Shown: positions 1-10,155 of the stretch, one piece after another
How positions within the stretch are numbered: position 1 is the stretch's first letter
Layout of the letters: each line of letters starts with the position of its first letter
Assembly: GCA_030141605.1 (NCBI GenBank)
Contig: JAQGDQ010002407.1
Span: forward strand, 7,769 to 71,768
Length of the DNA: 64,000 bases
Direction: 5' to 3'
From: Tubiluchus corallicola
Lineage: Eukaryota; Animalia; Priapulida
Translations under genes and position numbers: made by a program
The notes under the pieces: model-generated
Seen by the model: the letters and a program-made list of their open reading frames with translations, nothing else
Told to the model about the DNA's origin: nothing
Databases searched by the model: none

Positions 1-1798
1 AGAATGTTGCTTCTAAATTAACTGTGTAATCCCGAGCGGTGCCGTCTGCTGCTGTTACTGTATATGTGACGGGAGTCGTAAAATCTTGGGGTGTCTCTCC
101 ACTATCTTGGATCTCCTCATCTACCGTTACTGTAGCTCCATCAGATACCTCAAAACTGGCTATTAAACCGTCCCTAGTTACTCCAAAAAGGAGTGTTAAT
201 ACAATATCAGGGCCTGTTACATCGTCGGCGTATACATCTTCAATTAAAGAACCATTTTTTATTGCATCAAACCCAAATCTGATTATTTCGTTTGCACTAC
301 TCGCTGCTTCATTATTAACCGTTACAGTATACTTCTTCACACTACCATCATACGCTGTTACTGTATACTCTACAGGTCTCGTAAAGTTATTCTGATTAAC
401 CGGGTCCGGGGCTATACTTTTCCCAATATACTTAATATCAGGAATAAGACCTGTCAAGTCTGTGCCATAGGGCACTGTAAGGGTTATCGTTCCCTCTTCC
501 TGATCTATATCACCTTCCACTACATCCGGATCCGAAAACGGATTGTTCGCAGCAAGAAAGTTGAACTCTATTATATCTTTACTTGTGCTTGAAGCAATTG
601 CCACCCAATACTCCTGCTGAGTTTTCCCATCCTGAGCTGCTACTACGTATTCGACAGGACGTGTAAAGTTTTGCGCATCACCCACAGAAGGAAAAATACT
701 CGCTCCGTCAGATATCTTAATATCCGGAACTATTATGTTTAAATCTGCTCCAGATAAAGCAGTACCTGTAATTGTGCCGTTAACATGATCAATCACCAGC
801 TCATCTTCTTCCACAACTCCACCAAGCTTAAACTCCTTGATCCTTGCATCTGTAACTTTATCCACTTCGAGTACAACAGTGTACTTATGTGTAGTTTCAT
901 TTTCAGCCGTTACTATGTAGTGTACATTACTGGAAAAGTCCTGCGGGGCACCACTGACAGGATCAATACCTACTCCTGTGTAGGAAATAGTGGGGGTAAG
1001 CTCGCCAATAGCCTTGTAAGATACAGTGGCTGATATTATTGTACCATCTATGTCCACTTTTACATCCTTACCTTCCAATATAGAGTTATTTGCCGCCTCA
1101 AAGATAAAGCTGACAATCCCTTTACTATCCTCAGAATCAACCTCAACAACAGCAGTATACTCTTTTGTGCTACCATCAATTGCAGTTACAATATATGATA
1201 CATCTTCGGTGAAGTCCTGCGCCTCTTTTTTACCGGGAGATATAGAGGCACCCTGATATCTGATAAAAGGTGCCAGATGCTCCCTATCTGCCAGATATGG
1301 CACTATGATTTTCATAACCCCGGATGACTCAATTATCTCATCCACAGCTATATCTTCTGCCAGACTTTTATTATCATCAGCTCTAAATGTAAAGCTGGTG
1401 ATGACTTTCGCATCGCTGGGTATTAAATCTATAGTTACAATATAGGGCTGAGTGCTCCCATCCTCTGCCTCTACAATATACTCTACAGGGTCGGTAAAAT
1501 CCTTCTCCTTCTTAACATCGCTCTCAGGTGTTACTCTAGCCTTATCGGAAACAACAATCTTATCAGGAGCTATGTAGGTTATGTCAGTCCCATATTGAGG
1601 TAAAGCAACAAGTACAGTGTGATTCTCATTATCAATCTCCGCTTTATCAATGCTACCCTCTACTTCAAACTCAAGAATCTCTTTTTTATCAGAGAGAAGT
1701 CCTACTTCCTGTTTTTTGCATGTTACTACAAATAAAAAAGATGTAAGCAACAAAAATGAAATCACCGAATTTCTCATAATAGTCCTTTTCGTTCTCAT
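1..1798 (-). CDS. Surface lipoprotein with at least 6 tandem ~95-aa Ig-like (DUF5018-like) repeats; 3' end outside window
   Basis: Manual translation from ATG 1798: MRTKRTIMRNSVISFLLLTSFLFVVTC-KKQE (lipoprotein Cys), then repeats ending DFTDPVEYIVEAEDGST, DFTEDVSYIVTAIDGST, DFSSNVHYIVTAENETT, NFTRPVEYVVAAQDGKT, NFTRPVEYTVTAYDGSV, DFTTPVTYTVTAADGTA. No stop before position 1. Confidence 0.88.
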   Translation of the reverse strand, partial: MRTKRTIMRNSVISFLLLTSFLFVVTCKKQEVGLLSDKKEILEFEVEGSIDKAEIDNENHTVLVALPQYGTDITYIAPDKIVVSDKARVTPESDVKKEKDFTDPVEYIVEAEDGSTQPYIVTIDLIPSDAKVITSFTFRADDNKSLAEDIAVDEIIESSGVMKIIVPYLADREHLAPFIRYQGASISPGKKEAQDFTEDVSYIVTAIDGSTKEYTAVVEVDSEDSKGIVSFIFEAANNSILEGKDVKVDIDGTIISATVSYKAIGELTPTISYTGVGIDPVSGAPQDFSSNVHYIVTAENETTHKYTVVLEVDKVTDARIKEFKLGGVVEEDELVIDHVNGTITGTALSGADLNIIVPDIKISDGASIFPSVGDAQNFTRPVEYVVAAQDGKTQQEYWVAIASSTSKDIIEFNFLAANNPFSDPDVVEGDIDQEEGTITLTVPYGTDLTGLIPDIKYIGKSIAPDPVNQNNFTRPVEYTVTAYDGSVKKYTVTVNNEAASSANEIIRFGFDAIKNGSLIEDVYADDVTGPDIVLTLLFGVTRDGLIASFEVSDGATVTVDEEIQDSGETPQDFTTPVTYTVTAADGTARDYTVNLEATF

Positions 1799-2036
1799 AA
1801 TAACCCCTTCCATAAGAGGTTAAATATTAATGAATTTCAATAATCGTGTATGCCTTTAAAACAATAATAAATGAACACTTAACTCAAATCCTATCAGAAC
1901 AAATTTATGATAAGCAAAATATTTTTGCAAACATTTTACTTTTAATTTTTAATTTTTAATTTTTAAACCAATTTGTCCGAATTAAGCTGAAGACTTACAA
2001 TTAAATCCCGACATTAAATAGGGAATTAAACACACA

Positions 2037-2044
2037 CAAAGGTA
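2037..2044 (-). promoter_or_regulatory. Candidate Bacteroidota -7 promoter box (TACCTTTG) for the repeat lipoprotein
   Basis: Matches TAnnTTTG about 240 bp upstream of ATG 1798; no clear -33 box. Confidence 0.4.
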
Positions 2045-2522
2045 GTAAATATTCTGCACTTATTGTTGTTTTGTCTGTTAAATTATGTTAACCACCGCAC
2101 CAAAATCCAGTGGGGTTTGGAAAGCTGGCTTGTTCTGGCATTTAACTGTGAAACAGTCAAATATTGTCGGAAATTAGAAGCCTCTCCCTTGCCGGCTTAA
2201 ATGGTGTACTATAAAAAAAGAGCATGCAAAATGAGTGGCCTATTTGTGTCATAGTGTAATTACATTATGGCGTATTCTGATCATTATTAATAGGTTTCCA
2301 TCCAATCTTGCCCCTTTTTAATCCTGTTTTTAGTTATTGTTCTGCCAGTGGAGAGTAGGCCACTGTCCATCACCCTGCCACTCCCAGGGGTTATCATCAT
2401 TGTCACCAAATTTCCAGTCAACGAAAACTTCAACATAAGGGCCTGCGTAGCAAAGTGTAGAAATACTTTACCTGTAATACCTCAAAAAAAACTATTTTTA
2501 GCCAACACCATATACAACAAAG

Positions 2523-4601
2523 ATGAGAGCAACACATGCACAGCTACTGAGTCTTATGAGTGGGGAGAAACAGTTTACCATACCGGTATACCAGAGGAGG
2601 TACTTCTGGCGAACAGAGCAGCTTCAGCAACTATTTGATGATATTATACATATTGGCAGCAGCAACTCAGAAGCTTCACATTTCATCGGAACCATAACCT
2701 GCTTTAGCCCGGACAGTCTCTCTACATCTGCAACTTCTATCCCTGAGCTATTGGTAATAGACGGGCAACAGCGCCTCCTCACTGTCTCTCTACTTCTTTT
2801 GGCGCTAATACGCTATATAAAACAGAGTAAAGATACTTCTCCGTCCTGTGAGAGCTGGAAGGATATACAAGCATACCTTATTAACAGACACAGGAACGAC
2901 AGCTACAGATATAAGCTCCTTCCAACTGAAAAAGACAGGGAGTCATATATAAAATTGATTGAAAGTGCGAAAACTAACACCCAACACTCTAAGCGGATAT
3001 TCAAAAACTATAGATTTTTTATGGATAATATCCATAAAAAAAATGTTTCCAAACTATATCTGGGCATAAAAAGGCTAACTATAATTAATATAACCCTTGA
3101 CATGGAGAAAGACAATCTCCGTCCTATCTTTGAGGGCCTCAATCCTCCCTTCTCCCAGTCTGACTTGGTTCGAAACTACATATTCATGAAGCATCCACTA
3201 AATGCTCAGCAGGATTTATACGAAAAGTACTGGCAGCCGATGGAGCATAGCTTTGAGGGAAGAGCAGAGCTGCTTACCCGATTTATCAGAGACTACCTGA
3301 CAATGAAACACTCCTCAGTCCCCAAGGAGGGCCTTGTTTATGAAACCTATAAACGATTTTTCAGCATTTGGAGTAGTTTTAGTACAATAGGGGAAGCGCT
3401 CAGGGATCTTTACAAGTACTCTAAGTATTATACCCGGATCGCACTGTTAAAGGAAAAGAATTTAGATATATTGAAAAAACTAAAAGAGATTGCCAAGCTG
3501 AGAATATACTCCTCATACCCATTCCTCCTTGCTGTCTACAATGACTATGAGGAAGGGAAAATTACAAAAAATGAGTTTATCGAAATTATTGATATGCTCT
3601 CCAGCTACCTGTTTAGAAGGGTCATATGCGGCATTTCCTCCAACAGCCTGGGAAAAACTTTCACCACGCTTTATAAACGATCCGGGGGAGGGGTACTCCC
3701 GGAATCTCTCAAAGCGCTGTTTCTGATAATGGAGGGCTACGAAAGGTTCCCTTCTGATGCGGAGTTTATCAGGGAACTGCAAATAAAAGATGTTTACAAT
3801 TTCAGGTTGAGGAATTATCTGTTAGAATCGCTTGAAAATCAAAATAGTAAAGAGTCAATAAGCGTAGAGAACTACACTATAGAGCATATCCTGCCACAAA
3901 ATCCGAATATCTCTCCCCGATGGCAACAAGAGCTTGGAGAAAGCCTGGAAATAGTAAAGGAGAGATATCTTCATACTCTGGGGAACCTTTCGCTTACAAA
4001 CTACAGTTCCGAGTTCTCAGTTAGCTCGTTCGAAGAGAAAAAAACAGTAGAGGGAGGATTCAATGCCAGCCCGCTATATCTTAATCAAACAGTAAAAGAT
4101 GTTCAGGTGTGGAATGAGAAAGCAATCCTGTTGAGAGCCGCCAAACTGAGCAAATCGGCTTGCAGCATATGGAAAAGGCCATACCTTCCACATGACAGAT
4201 TTAATCTCTATAAGAAGCGGGGAAAGGCAAAAAAAGCAGTAGTTTATAGTCCCGGCCATTATGAACATCTGCGGGGGGAGATGCTTGACCTTTATAAAAG
4301 CCTTTCAAAAAGGGTTTTGAACCTCGATGCAGCAGTCAAGATGGAGCTTAAAAAACTATATATCACATTTAAGATCCAAACCAGCTTTGTAGATGTGATC
4401 CCCAAAAGAGAGCGGCTAAGTCTTGCTTTGCATATAGATTTTGATAAGGTAAAGGATCCTAAGGGCATCTGCAGGGATATATCGGAAGCAGGCAATTGGG
4501 GCAACGGCAGTGTTGAGGTGGAACTAGAAGAGCCTGCCGGGCTGGACTATATAATGGAGCTGATTGAGCAGGCACTTGATGAGCAGGTGGAGACAGTGTA
4601 G
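2523..4601 (+). CDS. GmrSD-like type IV restriction protein (DUF262 + DUF1524/HNH + DUF5655-like C-terminus)
   Basis: Motifs IPVYQRRYFW, VIDGQQRL, TIEHILPQ, LGNLSL; C-terminal ...GNWGNGSVEV...ELIEQA. Confidence 0.85.
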   Translation: MRATHAQLLSLMSGEKQFTIPVYQRRYFWRTEQLQQLFDDIIHIGSSNSEASHFIGTITCFSPDSLSTSATSIPELLVIDGQQRLLTVSLLLLALIRYIKQSKDTSPSCESWKDIQAYLINRHRNDSYRYKLLPTEKDRESYIKLIESAKTNTQHSKRIFKNYRFFMDNIHKKNVSKLYLGIKRLTIINITLDMEKDNLRPIFEGLNPPFSQSDLVRNYIFMKHPLNAQQDLYEKYWQPMEHSFEGRAELLTRFIRDYLTMKHSSVPKEGLVYETYKRFFSIWSSFSTIGEALRDLYKYSKYYTRIALLKEKNLDILKKLKEIAKLRIYSSYPFLLAVYNDYEEGKITKNEFIEIIDMLSSYLFRRVICGISSNSLGKTFTTLYKRSGGGVLPESLKALFLIMEGYERFPSDAEFIRELQIKDVYNFRLRNYLLESLENQNSKESISVENYTIEHILPQNPNISPRWQQELGESLEIVKERYLHTLGNLSLTNYSSEFSVSSFEEKKTVEGGFNASPLYLNQTVKDVQVWNEKAILLRAAKLSKSACSIWKRPYLPHDRFNLYKKRGKAKKAVVYSPGHYEHLRGEMLDLYKSLSKRVLNLDAAVKMELKKLYITFKIQTSFVDVIPKRERLSLALHIDFDKVKDPKGICRDISEAGNWGNGSVEVELEEPAGLDYIMELIEQALDEQVETV

Positions 4602-4783
4602 CCCCAAGTAAAGCATTTGTACTACCGGTTCTGTATAAAGCTTATCACCTGTTTGAAACACCTGACAACATCCACTTCAAAAATAAAACTGCCCAAAATT
4701 CGTATTTCATTGCTCAAATTTTGTACCTTGCGCCACATTTTGAAAAAGTTAACGGTAGCAAAGCTGCCTTAAACTAATAGATT

Positions 4784-4922
4784 GAAGCCTTTGCAAGGTG
4801 AAAGATTTTGGTTCTGGCTGAGAAGCAATTCGGTGAGAATCGCAGTTTACTAATGTTAAGTAAAGACTTTTGAAGAGAGTTTTGGGAAGTATTAGTAAAA
4901 GATGAGTTTTTGCAAAGGCTCC
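4784..4922 (+). mobile_element. MITE-like intergenic repeat (copy upstream of deaD)
   Basis: Perfect 11-bp terminal inverted repeat AGCCTTTGCAA/TTGCAAAGGCT, with internal motifs shared by about 11 other loci. Confidence 0.75.
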
Positions 4923-4995
4923 AAAACACAACCCACTACAGCAATACGCCTGCTCACTACAATACAGAAGGGGAAAGCTGTGTAAAAACAATGAT

Positions 4996-6675
4996 ATGAT
5001 GAGATTTGATGATATGGGGCTTTATCCCGATATATTAAAAGCCATCCAGGAGATGGGATTTGAACAGCCGTCGGCTATTCAAGAAAAAGTGATTCCCCGA
5101 CTTTTGGAAGAGCCTGCCGACTTGGTGGGGCTAGCACAAACAGGGACAGGAAAAACGGCAGCATTTGGACTGCCTGTACTGCAATCTATTGACCCCCATA
5201 AGAAGGAGGTGCAAGCACTTATCCTCAGCCCGACACGCGAGCTGTGTGTCCAGATTGCAAAAGAGATAAAAAACTTTTCAAAGCATCTTCCAAAAATAGT
5301 CATTACACCTGTCTACGGGGGTGCCGATATTGGGAAGCAGCTCAAAGCGCTGGAGAAAGGTACCCATATAATTACGGCTACTCCCGGACGCATGCACGAC
5401 ATTTTGAGAAGAAAAAAGATTGATCTCTCCGGGATCTCAACACTGGTTCTTGATGAAGCCGATGAAATGCTGAACATGGGGTTTAAGGAGGATGTTGATG
5501 CTATACTTGCTACCACTCCTGAAAGCAAAAATACACTCCTCTTTTCGGCAACAATGCCCAAAGGGGTGTCAGAGATAGCAAAGAGCTACATGAGCAATCC
5601 CATTGAGATCACAGTTGGGAAAAAGAACCACGGAGCAGAAAATGTTAACCACTACTACCATATGGTGCAGGCAAAAGACAGATATGCTGCATTAAAACGT
5701 GTGATGGACTTTACTCCCGATATTTATGGTATAGTGTTTTGCCGTACCAGGATGGATACAAAGAGTATTGCTGCCCAGCTTATAAAAGATGGCTACAGTG
5801 CGGAAGCGTTGCATGGAGACCTTATGCAGCAGCAGCGCGATTATGTGATGGGGAAGTTCCGAGCCAGGGGAGTTAAAATACTTGTTGCTACTGATGTTGC
5901 GGCAAGGGGGATTGATGTAAACGACCTTACTCACGTTATCAATTATAACTTGCCGGAGGATAATGAGAATTATACCCATCGTACCGGTCGTACCGGAAGG
6001 GCTGGAAAGTCAGGAGTGTCGATATCTATTATTCACATGAGGGAGAAGGGAAAAATCAGCCAGATTGAAAGGGCACTGGGCAAAAAGATTGAGAGGCTAC
6101 CCGTTCCAGGGGGGAAAGAGATATGTAAGAAGCAGCTCCTACACCTTATCGACAGACTACAAAAAGTTGAAGTAAATAGGGAGCAGATAGCTCCATTTAT
6201 GCAGGTGGTGTTTGACAAGCTGGAAAAGTTGTCCCGAGAGGAGTTGATAACACATTTTGTCTCATTGGAGTTTAACCGCTTTCTGCATTACTATCAGGAT
6301 GCACCTGACCTGAATGCTGTTGATACTAGTGGCCGGAAAGCAAGGGGCAGCGACAGGGCAAAAGGCAGTGATGCAAATATGACATCTTTAAGGCTAAACA
6401 TTGGAATGGCAAAGGGGATTAAGCCCAAAGATATAATATCACTTGTAGTGCAGGCTACAGGTAACAAGAGCGTTGATGTAGGGCGCATTGAGCTTAGGGG
6501 GAGGCACTCTATCGTAAGTATTGAATCCGGACAGGCAGATGCGTTCCGGAAGAACTGTAAGAATTTTACATTTAACGGCATCCCTATCGCCGCAGATATA
6601 ATCACTAAGGCAAATAAGTTTAAAAGGAAGCCGGGGCAGCAAAGAAAAGGTGGCAGAAACAGGAGAGCAAGGTAG
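4996..6675 (+). CDS. deaD: DEAD-box RNA helicase with C-terminal DbpA-type RNA-binding domain
   Basis: AQTGTGKT, PTRELC, DEAD, SAT and HRTGRTGR motifs; basic tail. Confidence 0.93.
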   Translation: MMRFDDMGLYPDILKAIQEMGFEQPSAIQEKVIPRLLEEPADLVGLAQTGTGKTAAFGLPVLQSIDPHKKEVQALILSPTRELCVQIAKEIKNFSKHLPKIVITPVYGGADIGKQLKALEKGTHIITATPGRMHDILRRKKIDLSGISTLVLDEADEMLNMGFKEDVDAILATTPESKNTLLFSATMPKGVSEIAKSYMSNPIEITVGKKNHGAENVNHYYHMVQAKDRYAALKRVMDFTPDIYGIVFCRTRMDTKSIAAQLIKDGYSAEALHGDLMQQQRDYVMGKFRARGVKILVATDVAARGIDVNDLTHVINYNLPEDNENYTHRTGRTGRAGKSGVSISIIHMREKGKISQIERALGKKIERLPVPGGKEICKKQLLHLIDRLQKVEVNREQIAPFMQVVFDKLEKLSREELITHFVSLEFNRFLHYYQDAPDLNAVDTSGRKARGSDRAKGSDANMTSLRLNIGMAKGIKPKDIISLVVQATGNKSVDVGRIELRGRHSIVSIESGQADAFRKNCKNFTFNGIPIAADIITKANKFKRKPGQQRKGGRNRRAR

Positions 6676-6740
6676 TAAGGAGCTCGTTTTGTTACAAATG
6701 GTTTTTTTACAATGTCTACCAAAAAAAGCTTTCCCCTTTC

Positions 6741-9098
6741 TCAAAAAAAAGCTTTCCCCCTTTCTTTGTACGGTGCCTGATGCTTAATAAAAGGCTGATT
6801 CCCCATTTCTCCCTTCAGCTCTACTTCAAAGTCTTTTGAGTACTCCATTATTAAGAGCGAGTAGTTCATATATCCTCCGTATTCGGACATCTTCTGGAAG
6901 TTATAGTCCGCCTGAAGCATATCGAAGCTGTAAAATGGTAAGCAGTCGATAAAATCCTTCCCCGACCTGCCTATAGCATTAAGGAAATACCATACAACAT
7001 CGTAGCCCTGAAAGCTGAATGGGGTTGGCTCCGTATAAAACTCCCTTCTGTAGTCTCTGATAAACCTGTTTACATTTCTTTTAGTGTAGTCAATCCGGTA
7101 TGGTGTGAGGTAGTTCATTTTAAGGTTATGGAGATGTTCTGTATCGATACTTTCAAACCTGCTAAATTCCAAAAATCCTATCAGGGTTATACTAAATTTC
7201 TTAGAGGCAGTATTTATATTATTTATAGCTTTACTCACTTCGGCTTCATTGCTTATAGGAAGTATAACTATATTTTCTTTGCGCGGACTCATCAGTCGCT
7301 CCAGTGCGTAATACCCTTCTTCATCAAAGTTGAACTCATGAAAAAGTATTTCGTTTGTATTGTTGTAGTACCCCGTTGTAAATAGCTTCTCACGTATCCT
7401 ATCAACAACCATTTTCTCATCAAGGTGCTGGGTGTTGTCAAACCCCATTACAATAATGTTTTGGTTGAAAAAATCTTCTACTATGTAATCACTTGTCGCC
7501 TTCAGCTTGTACTCCTTCCACGGATTAACTTGAAAGTAGTAGGGGTTCTTTTTTGCTAAAGAACTATTTTCCGACAACGGGGATACCATAGGTATATGCT
7601 TTTTGGCAGCAATCTCAGATACCGGTTTCTGGCATTTAATATATACCGGACCTATGATAAGGTCAAGTTCAAGAACTTCAGGTTTTTTCACCAACTGTTC
7701 AACGACTTTGGGATCACTCTCTGTATCATATACAAATAGTTCAACACTCATACCCCTATTTTGCAAGTCATAGATTGCCAAAAGTGCCCCTTCATAAAAG
7801 TGAAGGAAGTTTACTGTCCGTGGGTGTATGGTTTTGTAAGCTTTTATATTTTCCCGGACAGCTGTCTCTTCGCTCGTATTTCCACTTATTGAGTCATTAT
7901 TGTTCAGGCATAAAGGCAGGAACAGTCCCACTTTCACCAGGTTGCCCATAAACTGCCGAGAGCTGAGACATTGGGGGGGAACACTCTTCAGTTTTTCTCC
8001 TGTGCTGCTCTCCACTTTTTCAATATACTCTGACCTGGATGAGAAGTATCCATTTCTTGGGAGCAATAGTTTTTCTCCTGCAATAAGCCCTCTGCCCTTT
8101 AACCCAGGGTTTAGCTCTTTGATCTGGCTTATTTTTAGACCATACAGCAGAGAAAGGCTATATAGTGTTTCTCCTTTTGTAACTACATGGTATGAAAACC
8201 TGTTTTTATCTATCGGGATAATGTGATTAACAGCTATCTGCTTTTTGGGAATGTTTATAATTAGTCCTGCTTTCAACCCGTCATTCAACTGAGGGTTTAG
8301 TTCTGTTAACTCCTTTTGCTCCACCCCATATCTTCTTTTTAGTCCAAAATAGGTGTCTCCTGAAACGACACGATATGAAAAGTATTTTGCACTATTCGGC
8401 AACTCCTGCATGTCTACTCCTGGGGATTTTTCTTCGAGAGCCTCTTTTACACTCTCCTTTTCTGTTGTCTCTTTGGGTATTTTTATCACTGTCCCGGTAG
8501 ATAGCACCATTTCAATTCCCGGGTTGGCCTGAGATAGTAGGCTTATGCTGCAGTTATATTTTTTCGATATTGAGTACAGTGTTTCTCCTTTAGCCACAGT
8601 GTGGAGAGTAAAGTTGTCTTTGCCTGCCTGTCGGGCAGGTGGAATTTTCAGAACAACACCCTGTTTAATTTTTTTTCTGGAGCTCGGGTTAAGCCTGTAA
8701 ATATCTTCTGTGTCAACATCGTATATTTTGGAAATGGAATATACCGTCTCTCTCCTTTTTACCTTGTGGGTTCTCAGGGGGGGCTCTTGCTGCTGATCAT
8801 GGACTGAGGGCTCCTGCTGCTGTTCTGCTACCGGGATTTTTAATATTTGCTCCGTGTTCAGGCTGTTTTGCTTAAGGTGATTTGCCTCTTTTACACTATT
8901 TATATCTACTTTATACGCTTTTGATATTGAGTAGAGTGTCTCCCCTTTTTTGACTGTATGAAGCAGGTAGTCCTTCCCCCGAATAACAACAATTTCAGAT
9001 GATACTTTCACCTGTGCTAAAGCTATTACAGGCAGGAGCATGCAAAGCAGGAAAGTAGATAAGAAAAGGCTTCTGTTTATTTTAATGCCTGAGATCAT
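6741..9098 (-). CDS. Secreted protein with 5 LysM domains and a C-terminal periplasmic-binding-protein type 1 fold (785-aa allele)
   Basis: Signal peptide; five H/YxVxxG(R)E/DTxY/F repeats; FYEGALLA...VYDT...DLIIGP domain. Confidence 0.88.
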   Translation of the reverse strand: MISGIKINRSLFLSTFLLCMLLPVIALAQVKVSSEIVVIRGKDYLLHTVKKGETLYSISKAYKVDINSVKEANHLKQNSLNTEQILKIPVAEQQQEPSVHDQQQEPPLRTHKVKRRETVYSISKIYDVDTEDIYRLNPSSRKKIKQGVVLKIPPARQAGKDNFTLHTVAKGETLYSISKKYNCSISLLSQANPGIEMVLSTGTVIKIPKETTEKESVKEALEEKSPGVDMQELPNSAKYFSYRVVSGDTYFGLKRRYGVEQKELTELNPQLNDGLKAGLIINIPKKQIAVNHIIPIDKNRFSYHVVTKGETLYSLSLLYGLKISQIKELNPGLKGRGLIAGEKLLLPRNGYFSSRSEYIEKVESSTGEKLKSVPPQCLSSRQFMGNLVKVGLFLPLCLNNNDSISGNTSEETAVRENIKAYKTIHPRTVNFLHFYEGALLAIYDLQNRGMSVELFVYDTESDPKVVEQLVKKPEVLELDLIIGPVYIKCQKPVSEIAAKKHIPMVSPLSENSSLAKKNPYYFQVNPWKEYKLKATSDYIVEDFFNQNIIVMGFDNTQHLDEKMVVDRIREKLFTTGYYNNTNEILFHEFNFDEEGYYALERLMSPRKENIVILPISNEAEVSKAINNINTASKKFSITLIGFLEFSRFESIDTEHLHNLKMNYLTPYRIDYTKRNVNRFIRDYRREFYTEPTPFSFQGYDVVWYFLNAIGRSGKDFIDCLPFYSFDMLQADYNFQKMSEYGGYMNYSLLIMEYSKDFEVELKGEMGNQPFIKHQAPYKERGKAFF

Positions 9099-9125
9099 AT
9101 AGTGTGTATCCGGTTTTCTAACATT

Positions 9126-10133
9126 TCATTCCTGGCTACTACCCGGAAATTTATCACTGCCAAAATGGCGCATATACTGTACGCGCTCATAGTCAGATGG
9201 GTTCGCGCTATTTTCAAGGCTAAGTTTTCCCCTGAAGCTTTTAATATCTGAGTAGTGATGATTTTTCATCCATAAAGCAAGCTGTTGAATCATTTTTGAG
9301 ATTACAGGAATCCCGTGAATGTACATTGCTGAGACTACCTGGACAGCAGTTGCTCCCGCCAGCAGCATTTTTACTACTGTCTCCCAATTGTGTATACCTG
9401 TCGAGCTGATAAGGTCGCAATTGATTCGGTTAGACATCATACCAACCCACCTTAGAGGGAGTATGTACTCATCAGGGTGGCTAAAAGGGTTTGAAGTTAT
9501 TAGCGACTCCTTTTTGATGTCTATGTCCGGAGAGTAAAACCTGTTAAACAGCACCAATCCTTTTGCCTCAGTAAAAGATATTTCTTTAATCATTTTTCCC
9601 AGGCTTGATAAGTGTGGGCTTATTTTTACAGAGACGGGTATTTTAGCATTCAATGCAACTCCCGATATTATATCGAAATAGGTTTTTTCATTTTCTTCTC
9701 CAGATTGTGATATGTTAGAGGGAAGAATGAATATATTTAGTTCAATGGCATCGGCTCCCGCCTCCTCTATTTTTTGTGCAAAAAATGGCCACTCCTGGGA
9801 ACTGAGGCAGTTAATGCTTGCAATTATTGGAATATTGATCTCTTTTTTGGCATTTTTAATAAGGGTAAGGTATCTGGCGAGATTGTTTTCACGTATTTTG
9901 TAGTCGTAGTAATCGAGAAATTCAAGATTATTACTCATAGGGCCGAGTTTACTGAACTCTTCAGCATATTCGGCATATATCTCCTCTTCAAATATCGATT
10001 TTAAGACAATAGCTCCTGCTCCTGCCTTTTCAATTTTCCTGAGATTATCTATTGAGTTTGTAAGGCCACAGCTTCCCGCAATAAGTGGATTACGCATCTC
10101 AATTCCAAGATATGATACTGACAGGTTTGACAT
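9126..10133 (-). CDS. Dihydroorotate dehydrogenase-like FMN protein
   Basis: GAGAIVLKS, PIIASIN, GADAIELN, LLAGATAVQV; likely ATG start at MSNLSV. Confidence 0.85.
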   Translation of the reverse strand: MSNLSVSYLGIEMRNPLIAGSCGLTNSIDNLRKIEKAGAGAIVLKSIFEEEIYAEYAEEFSKLGPMSNNLEFLDYYDYKIRENNLARYLTLIKNAKKEINIPIIASINCLSSQEWPFFAQKIEEAGADAIELNIFILPSNISQSGEENEKTYFDIISGVALNAKIPVSVKISPHLSSLGKMIKEISFTEAKGLVLFNRFYSPDIDIKKESLITSNPFSHPDEYILPLRWVGMMSNRINCDLISSTGIHNWETVVKMLLAGATAVQVVSAMYIHGIPVISKMIQQLALWMKNHHYSDIKSFRGKLSLENSANPSDYERVQYMRHFGSDKFPGSSQE

Positions 10134-10155
10134 ATTCAAGTATGTTTTGTTCAAA

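Noticed and set aside
4749-4991. 80-aa minus-strand ORF (also 12696-12998, 16391-16726, 30838-31026)
   Set aside because: These ORFs overlap the non-coding repeat copies, and no peptide is conserved between copies.
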